Below the pieces are notes generated by a model that was not told the origin of the DNA, made no database searches, and saw only the letters and a program-made list of their open reading frames with translations. From Enterobacter phage phiT5282EW, in the sequence record PQ352032.1: DNA of 64,000 bases. One strand, written 5' to 3'. A program made the position numbers and the translations under genes. The stretch's first letter is position 1, and each line of letters opens with the position of its first letter. Positions 17,044-26,908 of this stretch are shown one piece after another.

Positions 17044-19824
17044 TTACCTCGTTGCGAAGCTGCGCGGTTGGATAAAGCTGGAGCTCACTGGCAGCTGTTC
17101 GGTTTTAATAACCTGCCCCGACGAATCTTTATGCTGTACCTCCAGCGGAGCCGCCTTAATATCAATCCGTCCACCAGTCTGAGGCATCGTTTTCGGGTCG
17201 ATGTTGTTCAGGTCTTTCAGCTTATCTTCCCACGCATAGACGCCCGGCGCATAGTTCCGGTTTTCAGATGTGTAACGCCCGGCCCCGGTTCCGCCGTTGT
17301 AACGGCTCAGGGCTTCATATTCGTTACCACCAGCAGCATCCAGATCGTCGCGGAGGTGCGCAGCACCAGCCATGATATTCCCGCGTTGGGTGTAGATATC
17401 GTACTGGCGCATATATTTGGCGTTCCACTTCGGTACCAGCTGAGCAGCACCGATAGCGCCAGCGCGGCTGACCGCTTTGTTACTGAAACGGGATTCCTGC
17501 GCGATCAGTCCACGTAACAGGCTTGGGCGGATGTTGTACTTCTTCGCCGCGTCCTGAATGTCCTTTTCCATGCTTTTCGCGCGCGCAGCCATATCGCCCG
17601 GCACGTTCTCCGGCAGACTGGCTTTCGCGTTTTCGATCAGCGCAGCCGGAGAATCGCCCAGCGTTGAGGTGTCCATGGCCCCGGTTTCCGCTGACGAGCT
17701 ATACCCACCTGCGAGCTCATCAACACGGCGATTCATCGCAGCAGTTTCAATATCGCGCTGACGGTTGTTTGCGGCCTGCTTATCAATGATTGCTTTACGC
17801 TTGGCGTTCGCCTCAGCGTCATTCCCTGTCACCATGTTCAGCTTGGCTTGCAATTCGCGGTTGGCATTGTCGAAACGCATATCAATGCGACGTTTGCCCT
17901 GCGATTTCTCGCGGTCGATATAGTTCTGCCTCAGGCTGGCTTCATCGCCCACACCAGCCATCTTGACCAGTGCCATACGCATTATATCCAGCGACGGCAG
18001 AGCGCGATCTGCAAAGCGGGTCATGGTGTTGTCCAGCTTCGCTACGTTATCGCGGATCTGGGATCCTTCTGTTTTGGTGCCACCGTGAATGCTGACCAGC
18101 TCAGCCATTACATCTTTCAGCTTCTCGGTATCGCTGCCCTTATAGGCACCCATCAGGCGCTGACGCTCGGCATCGGTCAGGTCTTTTCGGCCCAGATAAT
18201 CCTTCGCCATGCTGCCCAGACCAGTACCACCCCCCTCAATGATCCCCATCTGAGCCATCAGCTGCGGGGTCACGTTCAGGCCCAGACGCTTGGCGCGAGA
18301 GTCCGCCCCGGTTAACTGCGTCATAGAGGTATTGGAGAGGGTCATGGCCTCATTAAGCCCGGTGCCCATATGGTTAGCCAGCGCCATGTAATACTCAGGT
18401 GTACCCTGCCCATACTGGCGAGCCATCTGGCGTTTAACCAGATCAAACATGGTTGTGCTGCCCTGCGGGCCAGCGCCAAACGCGCGACCGTATGGCGTGT
18501 TAGCGCCAAAGGCGGAGCTCAGCGTGCCAAACATCCCAGTTTCCTGAAACGCTCGCGTCTGGTACGGGTTCAGGCCCGCTGCCATACCCATTCTGGCGGT
18601 GAATGCTTGGGACGCTTCACCCATGTTGCCGCCGCGTGACAGGGACGCGTTGACGCGGCTCAGGAGCGATGCAGCGCCCTGCACATCCATTCCCGGCAGG
18701 CCAGTTTGCATCAGGCCAGCCAGAGCGCCGCCATAGCCAGCGACGTTTGGCCCGGTCAGGCTTTGCCGTGCTGCCGTGGTGGCGAAGTTGGTGATCGCCT
18801 CCATGGCTTCATTGGCCTGCCCGAAAGCGCCGGATTTACCGATGGCCTCACCGATAAGCGCACCCATGCGGCGAGTGTCCTGATCGGAGCGCCCGATATT
18901 AGCACCGCGTAGCCGCGCCATGCTTCCGGCTACGCTATTCGGATCCAGACCAAAGGTACGCGCCATGCCCCCGGCAGTGAGCAGCCCGGTCATCGGGTTC
19001 TCACCCGGTCGCAGGTTCGCGCGGGAATAGCTTGACGCCATTGCAATAGCATCGGAGGTCTTCATGCCCAGCGTATCAGCCAGACCGCCTGCGCCACCGA
19101 TGGAGTTTTTCAGCACAGCATACGAGGCAACGCCCCCGACCTGACGATACAGTTTATCGAGGCCAATGGCGTTATCCTGCGCCTGCGCGACCTTATCCGC
19201 GATAGCACCGATGATCTTACCCACGCCCAGCGCAGCCAGACCGCCCACAAGCCCCATCAGGCCAGCGCCAGCACCAGCCGATAACCCGGTGCTCAGAGCA
19301 CTGGAAAATACACCACCGACCGGGCCCGTTGCTCGCAGCCCGGACTGCATGATATTAAGCCCATGAGCGCCCCAGCCTTGACGCCAGTTGAATCCACCAC
19401 CGCTTCCACCACTTCCCGGAGGCAGCGCTGGAGGCGGCGTCGGAGGTGTTGGGCGCGGTGGCTTAGGCTTTGGGTTATCGTCAAAATCCACGCCAAGAAA
19501 TTGCAGCATAGACTGCATTTTCTTGATGCGTTCAGCCTGATCGCCATACATCTTTTTCCAGTCAGCCATGAGCGGGTTAGTCGAGCCTTGGCCCGTTTTA
19601 CCCATAGTTGTTCTGAGCTCAGTCTGTACTTTAAGCAGCTTCTGCATCTGCTTGATGAAGGCGTCCAGATCCTCTTTCGATTTGACGTTAATCGGCTCAA
19701 ACTTCTGGTTGTTGGCCTGACCGACCTGCGACGCGAGGATGCGGATCTGGTCATTAACCATCTGGATCTGCTGTTTCAGGTCTGCCGCATCGAACTGGGC
19801 ACTAACCGGAATTTTAATTGCCAT
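17044..19824 (-). CDS. tail tape measure protein with C-terminal lytic transglycosylase (SLT) domain
   Basis: 926 aa, coiled-coil N-terminal part, Gly-rich middle; C-terminal LLRGLIAQESRFSNKAVSRAGAIGAAQL ... SLT signature; directly downstream of chaperone pair. Confidence 0.8.
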   Translation of the reverse strand: MAIKIPVSAQFDAADLKQQIQMVNDQIRILASQVGQANNQKFEPINVKSKEDLDAFIKQMQKLLKVQTELRTTMGKTGQGSTNPLMADWKKMYGDQAERIKKMQSMLQFLGVDFDDNPKPKPPRPTPPTPPPALPPGSGGSGGGFNWRQGWGAHGLNIMQSGLRATGPVGGVFSSALSTGLSAGAGAGLMGLVGGLAALGVGKIIGAIADKVAQAQDNAIGLDKLYRQVGGVASYAVLKNSIGGAGGLADTLGMKTSDAIAMASSYSRANLRPGENPMTGLLTAGGMARTFGLDPNSVAGSMARLRGANIGRSDQDTRRMGALIGEAIGKSGAFGQANEAMEAITNFATTAARQSLTGPNVAGYGGALAGLMQTGLPGMDVQGAASLLSRVNASLSRGGNMGEASQAFTARMGMAAGLNPYQTRAFQETGMFGTLSSAFGANTPYGRAFGAGPQGSTTMFDLVKRQMARQYGQGTPEYYMALANHMGTGLNEAMTLSNTSMTQLTGADSRAKRLGLNVTPQLMAQMGIIEGGGTGLGSMAKDYLGRKDLTDAERQRLMGAYKGSDTEKLKDVMAELVSIHGGTKTEGSQIRDNVAKLDNTMTRFADRALPSLDIMRMALVKMAGVGDEASLRQNYIDREKSQGKRRIDMRFDNANRELQAKLNMVTGNDAEANAKRKAIIDKQAANNRQRDIETAAMNRRVDELAGGYSSSAETGAMDTSTLGDSPAALIENAKASLPENVPGDMAARAKSMEKDIQDAAKKYNIRPSLLRGLIAQESRFSNKAVSRAGAIGAAQLVPKWNAKYMRQYDIYTQRGNIMAGAAHLRDDLDAAGGNEYEALSRYNGGTGAGRYTSENRNYAPGVYAWEDKLKDLNNIDPKTMPQTGGRIDIKAAPLEVQHKDSSGQVIKTEQLPVSSSFIQPRSFATR

Positions 19825-20152
19825 CTACGTCTTCCCAGTCGTTAACTTCGGTTATGTCGGTTTCGCTACCTGCTGGCGTTTGCTCCCCGGATTCTGCTTC
19901 CTCTGCCCACTGCTGCATGATCGCAGTAGCATCAAAGGATTCATCCTCGACGACATCCATCATCTTCGGATTATCCTGATACGTGTGGGCCCAGTATTCA
20001 GTCAGCCGTTCCTCAAACGTTGTCTCCATGTACAGGGGGCTGTTCGGGGGCAGGCGGAATGTCCGGCGATACCACAGATCCACCGTGTTCACCATTTTCC
20101 GCGCTGTTTTCTTCGCCCGGTGTTCTAGGTTTTCTGCGAAATGTTTCCTCAC
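19814..20152 (-). CDS. tail assembly chaperone, T-part (frame +1 relative to upstream chaperone)
   Basis: Acidic 112-aa ORF beginning with GTG 20152; overlaps chaperone G by 140 nt in +1 frame; position between tube and tape measure. Confidence 0.5.
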   Translation of the reverse strand: MRKHFAENLEHRAKKTARKMVNTVDLWYRRTFRLPPNSPLYMETTFEERLTEYWAHTYQDNPKMMDVVEDESFDATAIMQQWAEEAESGEQTPAGSETDITEVNDWEDVDGN

Positions 20153-20441
20153 GCTCTCTCAGAGCGGCAAACACACGCCCCAGCTTCTGATACGTTTCGT
20201 CATCCAGCGGATCCATGTTTTCCATGTCCCAGCCTTCTGGAGCGTCAACTACCAGCACGCGCAAGGTTGAAAGGTATTCAGCGAGAGTGATCAGCCATGC
20301 GGTCGGTTCCACGCCGCCAGCCATTGACGCGTATTCGCGCTGGATCTCCACCTCAATAGCCATGGTTCGACGCGCCGCACGGAAGCGACCGATATCCGGC
20401 ACGTCAAAGTAATAGTCATTTGCTTTTGGTTGTCTTGCCAC
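20013..20441 (-). CDS. tail assembly chaperone (gpG/gpE-like)
   Basis: 142 aa acidic protein between tail tube and tape measure; overlap with next ORF. Confidence 0.6.
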   Translation of the reverse strand: MARQPKANDYYFDVPDIGRFRAARRTMAIEVEIQREYASMAGGVEPTAWLITLAEYLSTLRVLVVDAPEGWDMENMDPLDDETYQKLGRVFAALREREETFRRKPRTPGEENSAENGEHGGSVVSPDIPPAPEQPPVHGDNV

Positions 20442-20496
20442 GTTGGAATCCTCGGAAAGGGAGAAAGAAGCCGCCCCGAAGGGCGGCAGGTATCAC

Positions 20497-20919
20497 TTAC
20501 GCGCCGTCACCGCTCACGTCCAGCGCGTTAAACTGGGCGTTGGAGGTAACGATGGCGTGTTTCTGGGTCTCGATGGAACCAGATGCGTAGCTCACGCCAG
20601 TGTACTTACGCAGCAGAGCGCCAGTCAGGCCATCATACTGCTCAATGTCGAATACCAGACCTTGCAGCACGGCGTCGCCGTTCTCCGGCACAATGCCCGC
20701 AGCTTGCAGCTGGGACTTGTTCAGGAGCATGGCGCTCACGCTCAGCTGGTGACGCGCCATAGTCGGCACCCACTCCTGTACGTGAATGTCACCGATACCG
20801 GAAGCAGGTTCCGGCGCGTAGTCATCGTTCATAGAAATGTTCTGGATCAGGCCGATCTGCTTGCCATCAAAGATGACCTTGATCTGGTTGCCTGACCGTA
20901 CATTGCGGTTCTGCTTCAT
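20497..20919 (-). CDS. tail tube protein
   Basis: 140 aa, immediately downstream of sheath gene. Confidence 0.65.
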   Translation of the reverse strand: MKQNRNVRSGNQIKVIFDGKQIGLIQNISMNDDYAPEPASGIGDIHVQEWVPTMARHQLSVSAMLLNKSQLQAAGIVPENGDAVLQGLVFDIEQYDGLTGALLRKYTGVSYASGSIETQKHAIVTSNAQFNALDVSGDGA

Positions 20920-20929
20920 CGCTTACTCC

Positions 20930-22726
20930 TTAGACGGTCGCGGTGCCGCTGTACGGACGAGCGTACATGGTCACGAGGATGTAGTTGTTAGGGACGACCG
21001 GGGATGCCTCGTACTGAATACGCATTACATCGCCCTCAACAGTCCCGGTAATGTTGCGGAATGCCGGGCTGTTTTCGTCACCCGCCAGCACTGCCGGGCC
21101 CATTGGTTCTGGCTTAGCCAGCTCAGTCAGCTGACCTTTAACAGTGCTCAGTGCCTGAGACAGCAGGATCGGGGACTGCTTGGAGCCGCGCAGCTGATCC
21201 ACCGCCTGACGCACGTTACGCTGTGTGAAGTCGATAGCCACGCCGCAGGACTGCTCGCGTTTGTTGAATTTGCTATCAACCAGCCAGGTGGAAATGGACT
21301 GCGTGATTTTGTAGCCAGTATCGGTGTTCTCGATAGGCATCACGCCGCCAAGGATCAGCTCGTCGGTCTCGGTCGGGTTGTCCAGATCGCGCTCCAGCCC
21401 GTTCACACTGATCACCTTGTTGGTGAGCGGAGTGCCCGGATTCACGCCACCAAACGCGGCGGCCACCAGTGCTGCGGTCATGTACGCCGGGCGCAGCGTC
21501 AGCACGCCAGTGTCGTCATACGCGTAGTGCCCGATGTGAACCAGAGAAACGCGGTCGCTGTTCAGTACCTTGGCGCGGCGAATTGCTTCCTCGTTGGAGG
21601 TGCTGATCGGCGTGCCGACGATAGCGCGGCGCTCTTTGTAGCGGTTTGAGTTGAACTCAACATGCGCCTTAACGAAACCATGTACGGCTTCATCACCGGA
21701 GCACGCTGCCACCCACTGCACGTTGCGCTCTTTCGCCAGCAGATCCAGAGCATTGCTCCAGTCAGCAGGCAGCGGAGCCACGACAGGCTGAGAGGTCAGG
21801 TATTTGTAATCCTGAATCTGCGGGCCATGCCAGATGTCAATCGCGTTAGCAGCGTTCAGCTCGAAGTCCAGCCAGTTGCCTACGGCATCCTTAAACCATT
21901 TCTGGAAGCTGTAGCCGTTCCAGTAGAAGTCGGCGTCCAGCGTTGGCGTAGCGGTATCAGTTTTATATGCCTTCTGATCCAGCACGCTCGGAGACAGAGA
22001 ACGATAACCAGTGCTCAGGAACGTCATTTCGAACGGTTTCGCGCCGGATGCGTTAGCGGTCACGCTGTTCACGTAATCAGCGATGTCGCCCAGCGTTTTA
22101 TACTGGGTTAAATCCAGCTCAATCTTCTGGAATACGCCATCGCCGCCCTGCTCGTCAGTGACGATCTCAAAGACGCCCGGAGCCACCAGAATATGGCAGT
22201 CCTTCTCTTTGATTTTGAGGTGTACGCCCGGCGCGTTGATGTCGTTGCCAGTCACAGACCATGCAGATGCGCCAGTGCCGCCAGCGACGGTCACGGTGTA
22301 CAGGCCAGCTTTTGAGCCCTGCTCAATCTTGGCTTTGATGCCCAGATCGGTTTTGCTGTACGCCTTGCCTTTCAACGTGCCGAAAGCGCCAGTGGCATTC
22401 GTCGTCCCTGCGATAATTGGCAGGTCGAGGGTGGCCTGAAACGCTTTGTTTACGCGGATAGCGATGACAGTCTGAGGAGAGCCAGTCTGAGAGGACGGGG
22501 AGAAGGCTTTCACCACCGCATCGCAGAGCTCGCCACCGACCAGCGCCTGTTTAGCCGCGTTGGGGGTGCTGAATTTCAGCAGTTTGAATGACTCACCACC
22601 ATCAGCCTGACCGATGTAGGCAACAACGTTCGTTACCGACAGGTTCTGGTTCAGCATGGCGTCATCGTTCACTGCGGATGCAGTGGTAGGCGTCGTCAGC
22701 AGTTGACCATTAAAAAATACGCTCAT
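20930..22726 (-). CDS. contractile tail sheath protein
   Basis: 598 aa; size/position; C-terminal region resembles sheath C-terminal domain. Confidence 0.75.
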   Translation of the reverse strand: MSVFFNGQLLTTPTTASAVNDDAMLNQNLSVTNVVAYIGQADGGESFKLLKFSTPNAAKQALVGGELCDAVVKAFSPSSQTGSPQTVIAIRVNKAFQATLDLPIIAGTTNATGAFGTLKGKAYSKTDLGIKAKIEQGSKAGLYTVTVAGGTGASAWSVTGNDINAPGVHLKIKEKDCHILVAPGVFEIVTDEQGGDGVFQKIELDLTQYKTLGDIADYVNSVTANASGAKPFEMTFLSTGYRSLSPSVLDQKAYKTDTATPTLDADFYWNGYSFQKWFKDAVGNWLDFELNAANAIDIWHGPQIQDYKYLTSQPVVAPLPADWSNALDLLAKERNVQWVAACSGDEAVHGFVKAHVEFNSNRYKERRAIVGTPISTSNEEAIRRAKVLNSDRVSLVHIGHYAYDDTGVLTLRPAYMTAALVAAAFGGVNPGTPLTNKVISVNGLERDLDNPTETDELILGGVMPIENTDTGYKITQSISTWLVDSKFNKREQSCGVAIDFTQRNVRQAVDQLRGSKQSPILLSQALSTVKGQLTELAKPEPMGPAVLAGDENSPAFRNITGTVEGDVMRIQYEASPVVPNNYILVTMYARPYSGTATV

Positions 22727-22735
22727 GTGATCCCC

Positions 22736-22966
22736 TTAGATCAGCGGAGTTTCGAGGAATTCCGCATAACGTTTTTCGTAAGCGGATGGAATATCGCGCA
22801 CGCGCCCGGCAGATGTCTCTTTCGTCCAGAAGCCAGTGATCAGCACATAGCGCTTTTCGGTCAAAGACAGACGCGTGCAAAACTCGTCAAGCGATAGTGG
22901 GATCTCAGTGCTTACTGCCGCTGCATCCACTTCCGCTGCGATTGCTTTTGATGGTTGTTTAGCCAT
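22736..22966 (-). CDS. small hypothetical tail-associated protein
   Basis: ORF upstream of sheath; start moved to MAKQPS to avoid overlap. Confidence 0.3.
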   Translation of the reverse strand: MAKQPSKAIAAEVDAAAVSTEIPLSLDEFCTRLSLTEKRYVLITGFWTKETSAGRVRDIPSAYEKRYAEFLETPLI

Positions 22967-23801
22967 TAGGATTAACCTCAGTAATGACATCCACGATAGT
23001 GGCATCAGATTTAAGCCCTACGCGGATCGGCGCAGTGCAGTTGAAATTCCCGGTAACAAGGTACATAGGGGAATCATATTCGCCGCTCACCGCATCTTCG
23101 GTGCTCAGCGATAACTTAGGCAGCGTGATCCCGGCGTCTGCCAGCACGGTCAGATTGGCGATGATCACACGGCGGATGGCCTTTCTCAGCTCCAGACGCT
23201 CATCCGGGTTGAGAGACCAGCCAGTAATGGAAATATTGACATCTGCGAGCCAGCCAGCCTGCTCAGTAAACATGTCGTCGGCTTCATCCATGTACTCAAC
23301 GTTGATGGTGTCGCCAATAAAGCGCTCGCTTGGCTCCTCGCTTTCCAGCGACAGCGTGACGCATGGCAGCATCAGGTTGTTTTCCATCTGCGGTGGCGCG
23401 GTGAAAACTTGGATATAGCCCAGCTCATTCATCAGCGTTTTGCGCTCGACCTCTACCATCAGCCCGGCTTCCAGACGGTCGCGCAGCAGCTGGAGCGTAT
23501 CGGTAGACGCATCCTGATAGGTCGCCATCGGCGTCCCGTAGTTCTCGTTGCTGGGCTCCCAGATGCCATTGACGTAGTAAAACGCCTTGTAGAAATACTT
23601 GACGTTGTTCTGGAGGAAGTGGTGATCGACAAACGCGATGTTGTCCCCCTCGTAAACGATAAGGGCGTCCGGGTCGCTCATGTCGTCCTTAATCCCTGAG
23701 CGGGGGAGGCGCAGCACTTGCCAAGCCGTCGCGCCAGCGGGAGGCTGGAGGAATACTTGCAGTGCGTTGCCGCAGGACTGTGGCAGAATCAGCGTAATCA
23801 T
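22959..23801 (-). CDS. hypothetical structural protein
   Basis: 280-aa ORF. Confidence 0.4.
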   Translation of the reverse strand: MITLILPQSCGNALQVFLQPPAGATAWQVLRLPRSGIKDDMSDPDALIVYEGDNIAFVDHHFLQNNVKYFYKAFYYVNGIWEPSNENYGTPMATYQDASTDTLQLLRDRLEAGLMVEVERKTLMNELGYIQVFTAPPQMENNLMLPCVTLSLESEEPSERFIGDTINVEYMDEADDMFTEQAGWLADVNISITGWSLNPDERLELRKAIRRVIIANLTVLADAGITLPKLSLSTEDAVSGEYDSPMYLVTGNFNCTAPIRVGLKSDATIVDVITEVNPNG

Positions 23802-23860
23802 GGCTATATTGTGCCGTCACGACGCCGGGCGTGATGCTAACCTTTGAATCGGAGGCGCTT

Positions 23861-24700
23861 ATGGCTAAAGACTATTCAATCCAGATCAACCTCGGCAGTA
23901 CCATGGATATCCTCGGAACTATCAACAAAGAGGTGTTCCCCTACCTGCATCAGGCCGTCAACGCGGTCGGGAATAAAGTGGCGCAAAAGTGGAAAAAGGA
24001 GGTACTGGAGTCGGATTTATGGAGCGGGGAAAAGGATAAGTACGCCAAGTCAATCAGCTGGCAAATGACCGGGGATTTCTCCGGCTATGTCGAGGCGACG
24101 TATAAATGGGCTGAGGAAATTGAGAGTGGACGCCCTGAGCGCGATCTGAAAAAGATGCTCAATACCTCGCTGAAAGTCCGCCGTACAAAGTCCGGCAAAC
24201 GCTTCCTCGTCATCCCGTTCCGCCATAATGTGAAGGATATGCCGGACGAGCTCTACGCGCAGGCCAAAGCGCTGGAAGCCTCCAAAGTCACCGGGCAGAC
24301 GCAGCGCCGCAGCGGAGAGATCACTTTCCTCTCGCGTAAAACCGGGATGCAGCCAGCCAAGCGGCAGACGCCATTCCTGACTAACGTTAAGACGCATGGC
24401 CCGATGATGGTCAATCAGTCCCAGTACAAATGGGGCGGACGCATCCACGCGGGCTATTTCGGCCCTAACCCGAAAGGGAAGGTCGATCACGCGGCAGGCA
24501 TGGTGCGGTTCGATACCAGCAGCGGCAAGCAGAAGTCCAGCGACTATATGACATTCAGGATCATGATGGAAGGCCAGCAGGGCTGGGTTGTGAAGCCACA
24601 GCCGGGAAAATGGATTGCGCGGAAGGTGCGAGACGATATGGCACCGAAGGCAGCGGAAGCATTCAAAGCCTCTATGGGCTGGACGCTGAAAGTGAAGTAA
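23861..24700 (+). CDS. hypothetical protein on opposite strand (moron-like)
   Basis: GGAGG RBS before ATG 23861; plus-strand gene embedded between minus-strand structural genes. Confidence 0.5.
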   Translation: MAKDYSIQINLGSTMDILGTINKEVFPYLHQAVNAVGNKVAQKWKKEVLESDLWSGEKDKYAKSISWQMTGDFSGYVEATYKWAEEIESGRPERDLKKMLNTSLKVRRTKSGKRFLVIPFRHNVKDMPDELYAQAKALEASKVTGQTQRRSGEITFLSRKTGMQPAKRQTPFLTNVKTHGPMMVNQSQYKWGGRIHAGYFGPNPKGKVDHAAGMVRFDTSSGKQKSSDYMTFRIMMEGQQGWVVKPQPGKWIARKVRDDMAPKAAEAFKASMGWTLKVK

Positions 24701-24725
24701 AAAAAGCCGCGAGGTGAGTCGCGGC
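24699..24725 (-). terminator. Rho-independent terminator (minus strand)
   Basis: GCCGCGA-ggtgag-TCGCGGC hairpin with T7 run on minus strand. Confidence 0.5.
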
Positions 24726-24808
24726 ACGTCAAAGTAGGCGTTCAAACAGCTTTTTTATTTTCAGGCAAATGGACTATAGACAGGGGTACCTGACTGGTCA
24801 ACGTCTTT

Positions 24809-25468
24809 TTAGCTGATATTTCTCGCGCTACGACCGTAGAGGTCGAATTTGCGAAGCACGACACGTTTTGGCAGGCGCATCCCTTGGTGCTCGTTACGGT
24901 CTGACGGGTAGGCATCCAGCATGAAATATTCGCTGTAGCGCTCCCCGGTGATCGTGTACTGCTTGCCCGCTGGCGGCTCGCCACCGTTAGGCCATGTCAG
25001 TTTCCCCTTGGGGTCTACCTCAGGGATCCCGCCCTCAATAACGCCCGTCCGGGTATCATTAAGCCAGAATACCCGCTCAATGCTCTTAGGATAGCGCCTG
25101 AGGCGTTCAGTCGGTGCGCCGTGGGTCAGCACATCTGAGAAGCCGTCGAGGCCATCCAGCGTGGTTACGCGGTCATATTGTCCGCCCCAGTCCCATGCTG
25201 GCTGATCCTCCGGCAGACTCACCACCATGTCGCCATGTTCCCACAAGCCCATTTTTGCCCATTTCATCTGGGTTTCCTGACTGGCGACGCCCACCACCAT
25301 TTCCTCCGGCGCATCCCAGATCCTGCCCATCCCGGTACAGAGCGGGCAGGTCGGGTCAGCAGATCCAGACTGCGCATTACGGCACGGGCAGGCCCAGTTA
25401 CGCGCCCAGAGGACGCGCTGACCGATATTATTCAGGTGACGGTTAAAGTTTTGTTGGCTGAAACGCAT
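24809..25468 (-). CDS. hypothetical protein with Cys-cluster (CPC...CPLC)
   Basis: 219-aa ORF. Confidence 0.4.
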   Translation of the reverse strand: MRFSQQNFNRHLNNIGQRVLWARNWACPCRNAQSGSADPTCPLCTGMGRIWDAPEEMVVGVASQETQMKWAKMGLWEHGDMVVSLPEDQPAWDWGGQYDRVTTLDGLDGFSDVLTHGAPTERLRRYPKSIERVFWLNDTRTGVIEGGIPEVDPKGKLTWPNGGEPPAGKQYTITGERYSEYFMLDAYPSDRNEHQGMRLPKRVVLRKFDLYGRSARNIS

Positions 25469-25478
25469 ATTCTCCCCC

Positions 25479-26594
25479 TTAGAAAATCATGCTCCGCACG
25501 CCATGGATAGCAGCCTGCAAGCCACCATTCCCGCTTTTCTCCGGCCCGTCGATGATGCGATCGATCTGGTCTTGATACTTGCTCAGATCGACGCTCATGG
25601 ACTCGCTCAGGCCATCGGCGCTGATAGAGCCGGACTGCGGCAGGAAAGTGTCAGTGATGATCTTCGTCACCGCCAGTTTCATGATGGCGTCGATGAGGTC
25701 AGGGTACTGGGTAGCGGCGTCCACCAGCCCGGCAGTGTAGTCGAGGTGAACCATCTGCGGGATGCGGCTTTGCCACGTCAGCGCGGTGAAGCCCAGCACG
25801 GAGGTAGTCACCAGCGTAGCGTTAGTCACCGGGATGATCTCAACGTGACCATACTTCTGATCGATACGCAGCCACTCCTGCGGGATGTCGAAATACTGGC
25901 CCCCGGCAGACGGCATGATGAAGCGCAGGCGCTGCACGTTCACCACCGGATGATGACGCGTGACAAAGTAGCCCCATTTGTCGCGGTCGAACATGGTAGG
26001 CTCGTAGTCCTGAGGCGTGTCTTTTACCCACGGCTCGCCGTTGAGCTCCGCGATCTGGTCATCGGTCGGAGTGCTTTGGAATACCCGCGTCGGGACGAGG
26101 AACACGCGCAGACGGCGAGAGATTTCGGCCTCGGCGGCAATCAGTTTGCGCCAGATATAATCATCGGACACTTTCATATCGCGCAGGGCACCCGCTGACG
26201 CTGCCATAAGCTGATCCTCGCGCAGCTGCGGGATCACCAGCTCTTTGATAAACAGCTGCGACCGGGTGAGCTCAAACGGCTCCTTAATCTCAGCCGGGAA
26301 CATGGCCCGACCGACCGGGAAGCCGGACACGCACAGGATCACGTCATTGCGCGTGGCGAATTCAGCCTGGTAAGGATCGGTCGTCCCGTCGATAACGATG
26401 ACGATGGCACCATTTTTCAGGTTGGTACCCGTAGCAGTCAGGTCAACAGGCGTTTGCTTGTTGGCGATCAGCTGGCCCTGCTTGGTAATCAGCGCCCACG
26501 TCAGGGACTCCCCGCCAGTCAGCGCGATGGGTTTCCCGTCTTTTTTCAGCTCTACAATGACCGTGCTGACGGTATTGCGTTCAATGGTAATCAT
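25479..26594 (-). CDS. hypothetical head/neck structural protein
   Basis: 371-aa ORF. Confidence 0.4.
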   Translation of the reverse strand: MITIERNTVSTVIVELKKDGKPIALTGGESLTWALITKQGQLIANKQTPVDLTATGTNLKNGAIVIVIDGTTDPYQAEFATRNDVILCVSGFPVGRAMFPAEIKEPFELTRSQLFIKELVIPQLREDQLMAASAGALRDMKVSDDYIWRKLIAAEAEISRRLRVFLVPTRVFQSTPTDDQIAELNGEPWVKDTPQDYEPTMFDRDKWGYFVTRHHPVVNVQRLRFIMPSAGGQYFDIPQEWLRIDQKYGHVEIIPVTNATLVTTSVLGFTALTWQSRIPQMVHLDYTAGLVDAATQYPDLIDAIMKLAVTKIITDTFLPQSGSISADGLSESMSVDLSKYQDQIDRIIDGPEKSGNGGLQAAIHGVRSMIF

Positions 26595-26656
26595 GCGTTA
26601 CTCCAATAAAAAAGCCGCCCTGAGGCGGCTTAACAGGGCTTTACGCCAGCTGCAAA

Positions 26657-26908
26657 TTACGAAATAGTGATAGAGCAGGTTGCCGGAGATCCGGTGATGG
26701 TCTGCCCGGCCTTAGCCGTCGCTGTTACTGTCACTGTGCCAGTAGCATCAGCGTCCAGAGTCAACACGCCAGTAGTCGGAGCTACTGCACCACCTTTAGA
26801 GCCAGCTACCGGGCTCACTACATAATCGAAGTCGGTCGCTACAGCGCCGCCCGTGCCAACATCAAACATCTGAGCGAAAGTCACAGTCGCGCCAGCGGCT
26901 GCGGTCAC
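26657..26908 (-). CDS. bacterial Ig-like domain protein (possible head decoration)
   Basis: 83 aa, Thr/Ala/Val/Gly-rich beta pattern TVTVTATAKAGQTITGSPATCSITIS. Confidence 0.4.
   Translation of the reverse strand: MTAAAGATVTFAQMFDVGTGGAVATDFDYVVSPVAGSKGGAVAPTTGVLTLDADATGTVTVTATAKAGQTITGSPATCSITIS

Noticed and set aside
20013-20160. Canonical -1 programmed frameshift in chaperone overlap
   Set aside because: The -1 frame contains two stop codons within the overlap; only the +1 frame is open
24742-24984. 80-aa ORF 24742..24984 overlapping gene 24809..25468
   Set aside because: Different frame overlap with a longer, better-supported ORF; no RBS
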